From assembly GCA_964220215.1 (NCBI GenBank), contig CAXPTH010000023.1, forward strand, positions 1-64,000: a stretch of DNA of 64,000 bases, written 5' to 3'. A program made the translations under genes and the position numbers. This DNA is from Alteromonas sp. (GTDB taxonomy: Bacteria; Margulisbacteria; Marinamargulisbacteria; UBA6595). The stretch's first letter is position 1, and every line of letters starts with the position of its first letter. Below the pieces are notes generated by a model that saw only the letters and a program-made list of their open reading frames with translations, ran no database searches and was not told the origin of the DNA. Below, piece by piece: positions 58,786 to 64,000 of this stretch.

Positions 58786-61481
58786 TGCACAACCTCCACA
58801 ACATCCGCACACCGCGCACACACTTGATCCGACACCGTCGCATCATACCGCCAACATCGATCGCATTTTTCATACTCAACCGGGGTCACCGAAACCTGGG
58901 GGTCTGGCATGGATTCATCCACAGTACAGGTAACCTCGGCGACCAAAAGCACCGTCCGCCACTCGGTAAACGTCTGCAAATGGGCCAAGGACTCCGGCAA
59001 AACTACGGCCACGCGTGTTTGTAAAAATTGCTTAATGGTTTTGTTTTGACGCAACACTTCGGCTGCTTGATACACCCGTTCTTTAATGGCAAACACCGCC
59101 GCCCACGTTGTATCCGCTTCCTGCTTGGCCAATGCTGTTGAATAGGTCCCGGATGCCAAAAATGACAGATCATGGACGCTCGTGGCTGTTTTGAACGCAT
59201 AATGATGATAGGCATCCTCAGCGGTAAACACCAAAATCGGGGCGATCATGCGAATTAACAACTCAAACAAATACATCAAGGCAGATTGCGCGCATTGACG
59301 GGATTCAGATTGAGGCGCATCGCAATACAAACGATCTTTTACACTGTCTAAATAATGCGCACTGAGATCCCCCGAACAAAACTGAACAATCCGCTGAACG
59401 GCTCGGTGAATGGCCAACGAATCGTAATCCCGCACCACGGCATCGTGTACCGTTTGCGCCTCGTGGACAATCCACCGATCCAACGGTGTCAGATCATCTA
59501 CCGGCACACCCTCGCCAGAATATCCATGCAAATTACCCAGTAAAAACCGCACCGTATTGCGAATTTTTAAAAACGCCTGCTTGGCTTGATCCAACAACTG
59601 CGGCGACAATTGCACATCGTCTTTTACATCCACTGACGCCACCCACCAACGCAAAATATCTGCCCCATAGGTTCGAATAATTTGATCGGGTTTGGTGGCA
59701 TTGCCTTTGGACTTGCTCATTTTCTTGCCCTGCTCATCCACAATAAACCCATGCGTCATAACCGCTTTAAAGGGCGGGGCTTGCCGAACCGCCAACGCCA
59801 ACAACAATGCCGACTGAAACCAGCCCCGATGTTGGTCTGTCCCTTCAATCACCAAATCGGCGGGCTCAGCATCCAACATAAAGCTACTCCCCGATTCAAA
59901 CCAGACATCTAAAATATCCATCACTTTATCAAACGCCTGCCCCCCACACGATGCACAGGTTGTATCATCGGGTAGGATCTGGGCCGCGGATTGCTCAAAC
60001 CAAACGGTCGACCCATGGGTGCGAACAGCCGCCTGAATAGCGGCATTCACCTCGGGCGTTAGCACGGGTGCCTCACACGATTGGCACCGAACCACCGGAA
60101 TGGGAATCCCCCACCGGCGCTGCCGGGAAATGCACCAATCGGGCCGTTGCTCAATCATCGCTTGAATGCGTGTTTGCCCCCACCCGGGCACCCATTGAAT
60201 ACGGGCCAAGGACTCCAGCGCCATGGCCCGCAAGGTTTTCCCATTGGGCATGGGCGTGTCCATTGCAATGAACCATTGGGGAGTTGCCCGAAAAATAACG
60301 GGATTGTGACACCGCCAGCAGTGCGGGTATGCATGCTGAATCGTCGCCGAATGCACCAAGCGATGAGTGGCATTGAGGTGATCCCGAATTTGCGGTGACG
60401 CCTTGAACACAAACTGACCCGCCCAATCCCCCTGGGTTAAGCAGCCCGAATCATCCACAGGCATTACCACATCCCAGCCATAGCGCTGACCCACCTGATA
60501 GTCATCCACACCATGACCGGGTGCAATATGCACAATGCCAGTCCCATCACTGTCCGTAACAAAATCAGCCGACCCAATGGGCGCCGCCTGATCTAAAAAT
60601 GGGTGTTGGGCCTCAACACCCACTAAGTCTCGGCCATACACCGTTGCCAGGCATTGACCCGATACCCCCAGTGTTTCGGATAAAGCGGCCCACCGCGTGT
60701 TTGCTACAACGGCCACTTCAGCGCCCAAGTCAAACACCCCGTATTCCAAATCCGGATGCACGGCCAACCCCACATTGGCGGGCAAGGTCCACGGGGTTGT
60801 GGTCCAAACCCATAGGGATGCGGGCAAGGCTGTGTCAACACCGGGCAATTGGCTCACGGGAAATCGAACCGTTACGGACAGCGATTGATGGGTATCGTAT
60901 TCAATTTCAGCTTCAGCCAAGGCCGTTTTGCATGTTGTGCACCAATGAATGGGTTTGCGCCCATGATACACTAAGCCGGCCGCCACCAAATGCCCAAACA
61001 CAGCCACGACATGGGCTTCATAATCGGGATTGGCCGTCAAATACGGACGGGACCACGCCGCATCGATGCCCAACCGCTGAAACCCCGTCCGCTGACGCTC
61101 CACATAATCCTGAGCAAAGGCCTGGCACTGATCGCGAAAGGCAACGGAATTGGTCGCATCCACCGATTGCTGTTTAATCACTTGCGTTTCAATGGGTAAG
61201 CCGTGGCAGTCCCATCCCGGTTGAAAATCAATGCGATGGCCCATCATACGCCGAGACCGACACACCATGTCTTTCACCACTTTATTTAACGCATGCCCGG
61301 CATGAATGTCCCCATTGGGATACGGGGGTCCATCGTGCAAGCGATACCGCGGGGCATCGGATTTTTCTTGGGGCTGATCCGCCCATTGCGCCAACCACCG
61401 CGGTTCCATATCCGCTAAACCCGCACGTGCGGGAAAGTCCGTTTGGGGTAACTGAACGGTATCTTTTAACCGATCACTCAT
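58782..61481 (-). CDS. ileS: isoleucine--tRNA ligase (type 1)
   Basis: [50 protein letters not shown]-terminal CDRC..CARC. Confidence 0.97.
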   Translation of the reverse strand: MSDRLKDTVQLPQTDFPARAGLADMEPRWLAQWADQPQEKSDAPRYRLHDGPPYPNGDIHAGHALNKVVKDMVCRSRRMMGHRIDFQPGWDCHGLPIETQVIKQQSVDATNSVAFRDQCQAFAQDYVERQRTGFQRLGIDAAWSRPYLTANPDYEAHVVAVFGHLVAAGLVYHGRKPIHWCTTCKTALAEAEIEYDTHQSLSVTVRFPVSQLPGVDTALPASLWVWTTTPWTLPANVGLAVHPDLEYGVFDLGAEVAVVANTRWAALSETLGVSGQCLATVYGRDLVGVEAQHPFLDQAAPIGSADFVTDSDGTGIVHIAPGHGVDDYQVGQRYGWDVVMPVDDSGCLTQGDWAGQFVFKASPQIRDHLNATHRLVHSATIQHAYPHCWRCHNPVIFRATPQWFIAMDTPMPNGKTLRAMALESLARIQWVPGWGQTRIQAMIEQRPDWCISRQRRWGIPIPVVRCQSCEAPVLTPEVNAAIQAAVRTHGSTVWFEQSAAQILPDDTTCASCGGQAFDKVMDILDVWFESGSSFMLDAEPADLVIEGTDQHRGWFQSALLLALAVRQAPPFKAVMTHGFIVDEQGKKMSKSKGNATKPDQIIRTYGADILRWWVASVDVKDDVQLSPQLLDQAKQAFLKIRNTVRFLLGNLHGYSGEGVPVDDLTPLDRWIVHEAQTVHDAVVRDYDSLAIHRAVQRIVQFCSGDLSAHYLDSVKDRLYCDAPQSESRQCAQSALMYLFELLIRMIAPILVFTAEDAYHHYAFKTATSVHDLSFLASGTYSTALAKQEADTTWAAVFAIKERVYQAAEVLRQNKTIKQFLQTRVAVVLPESLAHLQTFTEWRTVLLVAEVTCTVDESMPDPQVSVTPVEYEKCDRCWRYDATVSDQVCARCADVVEVVQ

Positions 61482-62608
61482 GAAGCCGCCAACTCATCGA
61501 TCACCGATCGTTGAAAATCCGCCGCCGTATTATTGTCTAAATAAGCCATGACATCCGCTTGCGTAATGGTCACCGATTCCACCGAGCCATCGGGTGCATG
61601 AAACATCGTATCCAACAACAGCGTTTCCACAATGGTCCGCAAGGCGCGCGCCCCCACTTTACGCTTCTTGGCAATTTTAGCAATTAACGCCAACGCCGCA
61701 TCCTCAATCGTTAAGTGAATCCCGTCCATCCCCAACAACGCCGTGTATTGCTTAATAATGGCGTTTTTCGGCTGGGTTAAAATTTGAATAAATGCGGCTT
61801 CATCCAAATGCTGCAAGGGTGCAATCACCGGCAACCGACCAATCAGCTCAGGAATAATCCCAAACTTTAATAAGTCTTCTTGTTGCACATGATCAAATAA
61901 TGCGTATTCCGGAACCGTGTCCCCAGCCAAGTCCCCCGTTTTAAACCCGATCGATTGCTGATTGAGTCGGGCTTGAATAATGGATTCTAGGCCATGAAAC
62001 GCCCCGCCCACAATAAATAAAATATTGGCCGTGTTCATCGTAAAAAACGCCTGCCCCGGATGCTTGCGCCCCCCGCGGGCCGGAATATTCACCAGGGTCC
62101 CTTCAAGCATTTTTAACAACGCCTGCTGAACCCCCTCTCCCGATACATCTCGGGTAATGGATGTGTTTTCAGACTTGCGGGTAATTTTATCAATCTCATC
62201 AATGTAAATAATGCCTTTTTCGGCCAATTCAATAGACTCATCCGCTGTTTGATACAACCGAAACAAGACCGTTTCCACGTCTTCCCCAACATACCCCGAT
62301 TCGGTTAGAGTCGTGGCATCCGCAATGGCAAACGGCACACCCAATAGCTTGGCCAATGATTGGGCAAACAGTGTTTTACCCGTCCCGGTAGGGCCCACCA
62401 GTAAAATATTGCTTTTTTGAATTTCCACATCGGACATGTGATCCAGGGCCAATAAGCGCTTGTAATGGTTGTACACTGCAACGGCGATGACTTTTTTAGC
62501 ATACGCCTGACCAATAATATACTGCTCAAAAAACGCATAAATTTCCGAGGGCTTGGGTATCGGGATTGATACAGACTCGGGTGCGTGGTCGTCGTGATCC
62601 AAACTCAT
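61478..62608 (-). CDS. clpX: Clp protease ATP-binding subunit ClpX (no N-terminal zinc-binding domain)
   Basis: [57 protein letters not shown]. Confidence 0.96.
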   Translation of the reverse strand: MSLDHDDHAPESVSIPIPKPSEIYAFFEQYIIGQAYAKKVIAVAVYNHYKRLLALDHMSDVEIQKSNILLVGPTGTGKTLFAQSLAKLLGVPFAIADATTLTESGYVGEDVETVLFRLYQTADESIELAEKGIIYIDEIDKITRKSENTSITRDVSGEGVQQALLKMLEGTLVNIPARGGRKHPGQAFFTMNTANILFIVGGAFHGLESIIQARLNQQSIGFKTGDLAGDTVPEYALFDHVQQEDLLKFGIIPELIGRLPVIAPLQHLDEAAFIQILTQPKNAIIKQYTALLGMDGIHLTIEDAALALIAKIAKKRKVGARALRTIVETLLLDTMFHAPDGSVESVTITQADVMAYLDNNTAADFQRSVIDELAAS

Positions 62609-62615
62609 ACCCCCT

Positions 62616-63200
62616 CTATTTTTTTGTAATAATTTCGTCGATAATTCCGTATTTTAAGGCTTCATCGGCAGTCATAAAATAATCCCGTTCGGTATCCGCT
62701 TGAATTTTTTCCAACGGTTGCCCGGTATGATGCACCAAAATATCATTTAATCGCTTTTTAATGCGTAAAATTTCATTGGCCTGAATTTCAATATCCGTGG
62801 CCTGGCCTTGCGCCCCGCCTAACGGCTGATGAATCATAATTCGCGCATTGGGCAACGCATAGCGTTTACCCGCCTCTCCGGCACACAACAACAACGCCCC
62901 CATCGACGCTGCTTGGCCAATACAGATTGTCGAAACTGGCGATTTAATGTACTGCATGGTGTCGTAAATGGCCATCCCTGACGTCACCACACCGCCCGGA
63001 CTGTTAACATACATAAAAATTTCTTTTTCACTATTTTCAGCTTCCAAAAACAACAACTGCGCAATAACCGTACTCGCCATGCTGTCCGATACCCCATCCG
63101 CTAAAAATACAATCCGCTCTTTTAACAAGCGTGAGTAAATATCGTACGATCGCTCACCGCGTCCAGTTTGCTCAATAACCATTGGGATTAATGTTGACAT
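62616..63200 (-). CDS. clpP: ATP-dependent Clp protease proteolytic subunit
   Basis: [32 protein letters not shown]; start ATG 63200 after AAGGAG. Confidence 0.97.
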   Translation of the reverse strand: MSTLIPMVIEQTGRGERSYDIYSRLLKERIVFLADGVSDSMASTVIAQLLFLEAENSEKEIFMYVNSPGGVVTSGMAIYDTMQYIKSPVSTICIGQAASMGALLLCAGEAGKRYALPNARIMIHQPLGGAQGQATDIEIQANEILRIKKRLNDILVHHTGQPLEKIQADTERDYFMTADEALKYGIIDEIITKK

Positions 63201-63214
63201 GGGGGTCTCCTTGT

Positions 63215-64000
63215 TTATTTCCATTTCGTCTCAGATACTAAAAAGTCCAGTGTTTTGCGGCTAATCACATCCGCTCGAAACAATCCCTCGTCAATATTAT
63301 GCTGTCGGCATGTTGCCAAGTCTGGGAACTGCGGAACATTTAAGCTTTGGATGTACGCATCCAAATCCGCATCATCGGCCACAATAGTCTCGGCATCGGC
63401 AACGGCCTTAATGACCAAGCGCTCTTTAACTGATTTTTCAGCATCGGGCCGAAAATTCTCTTTGATATGCGCCTCTGTTGTTTGCTGAAATTGGCAATAC
63501 TGATCCAAACTCAACCCTTGACGTTGAACCATGGATGAAAATTGACGAAATTGCTGCTCAACTTCTTGCTCAATCATCACTGCGGGCACATCAATCGTTA
63601 ACGACTCGACAATCGCGGTAATGACCGTCGCACGATCAGTTGAAACAGCAGCCGCTTCTCGCTCTTTTTGCAATTTTTCACGCATTGCTGCGTAATACAA
63701 ATCAACGGATTTGTGTTCGCTAATACTGGCCACCCACTCATCCGTCAACTCTGGCTCAGCCCACGATTGAATTTGGGTGATTTTAACCTGAAACTCAACC
63801 GTCTTCCCCTGAACATCTGGGTTATTAAATTCATCAGAATAGGCCACAGAAAACGTTTTTTCAGCATCCAGCGTTAAACCTTCTAACTCAGCATCAAACT
63901 CTGGACCGTAGGGTCCTTTACCAATAATGGTACCGGATGTTTCTCGCGTCCACAGATCATAGGCCGTGCCATCGCATGTGGCAACCATACTAAACCGAAC
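63215..64000 (-). CDS. tig: trigger factor, 5' part outside the window
   Basis: FKBP-like segment (F...[12 protein letters not shown]), [16 protein letters not shown]; tig-clpP-clpX synteny. Confidence 0.88.
   Translation of the reverse strand, partial: VRFSMVATCDGTAYDLWTRETSGTIIGKGPYGPEFDAELEGLTLDAEKTFSVAYSDEFNNPDVQGKTVEFQVKITQIQSWAEPELTDEWVASISEHKSVDLYYAAMREKLQKEREAAAVSTDRATVITAIVESLTIDVPAVMIEQEVEQQFRQFSSMVQRQGLSLDQYCQFQQTTEAHIKENFRPDAEKSVKERLVIKAVADAETIVADDADLDAYIQSLNVPQFPDLATCRQHNIDEGLFRADVISRKTLDFLVSETKWK

Noticed and set aside
857..63877. Many 60-190 aa alternative-frame and antisense ORFs in the ORF track
   Set aside because: They overlap well-supported genes and show no motifs; shadow ORFs
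1..64000. CRISPR array, rRNA, transposase or integrase
   Set aside because: No regularly spaced repeats, rRNA signatures or recombinase genes were seen

Overview
Compact bacterial chromosome segment, mostly housekeeping genes and mostly on the minus strand. It contains lpxC, hisZG, ruvCA, pyk, tRNA-Ala(GGC), lptF/G, grpE-dnaK-dnaJ, murF, gpmI, tyrS, cinA, htpG, serA, the rplC-to-rpsI ribosomal superoperon, bioA, secG, an Omp85, dxs-pdxJ, pcrA/uvrD, ileS and tig-clpP-clpX. Diderm envelope genes plus a cyanobacteria-like ribosomal layout (no rpsJ, rpmD or rpsD in the cluster; truA between rplQ and rplM) suggest a non-photosynthetic Cyanobacteria-related lineage such as Margulisbacteria (inference only). 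Several AT-rich accessory pieces are interspersed: an orphan ORF at the window start, a Pro-rich orphan beside the tRNA 3' end, an AAA/DUF4143 ATPase, a ~4 kb defence island (GIY-YIG/DUF4357, decayed YhcG, C5 methyltransferase plus NgoFVII-type PLD endonuclease, KilA-N remnant) and a membrane-anchored trypsin-like protease. The most intriguing observations are a catalytically degenerate KaiC-like ATPase in the usual ruvB position, two eukaryote-like candidate host-interaction proteins, coding palindromes at the island breakpoints, a sigma54-like promoter before grpE-dnaK-dnaJ, a ClpX without its zinc-binding domain, murF coupled to a VanX-type dipeptidase, and several apparently leaderless genes. 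All family calls come from motif recognition by eye; no searches were run.
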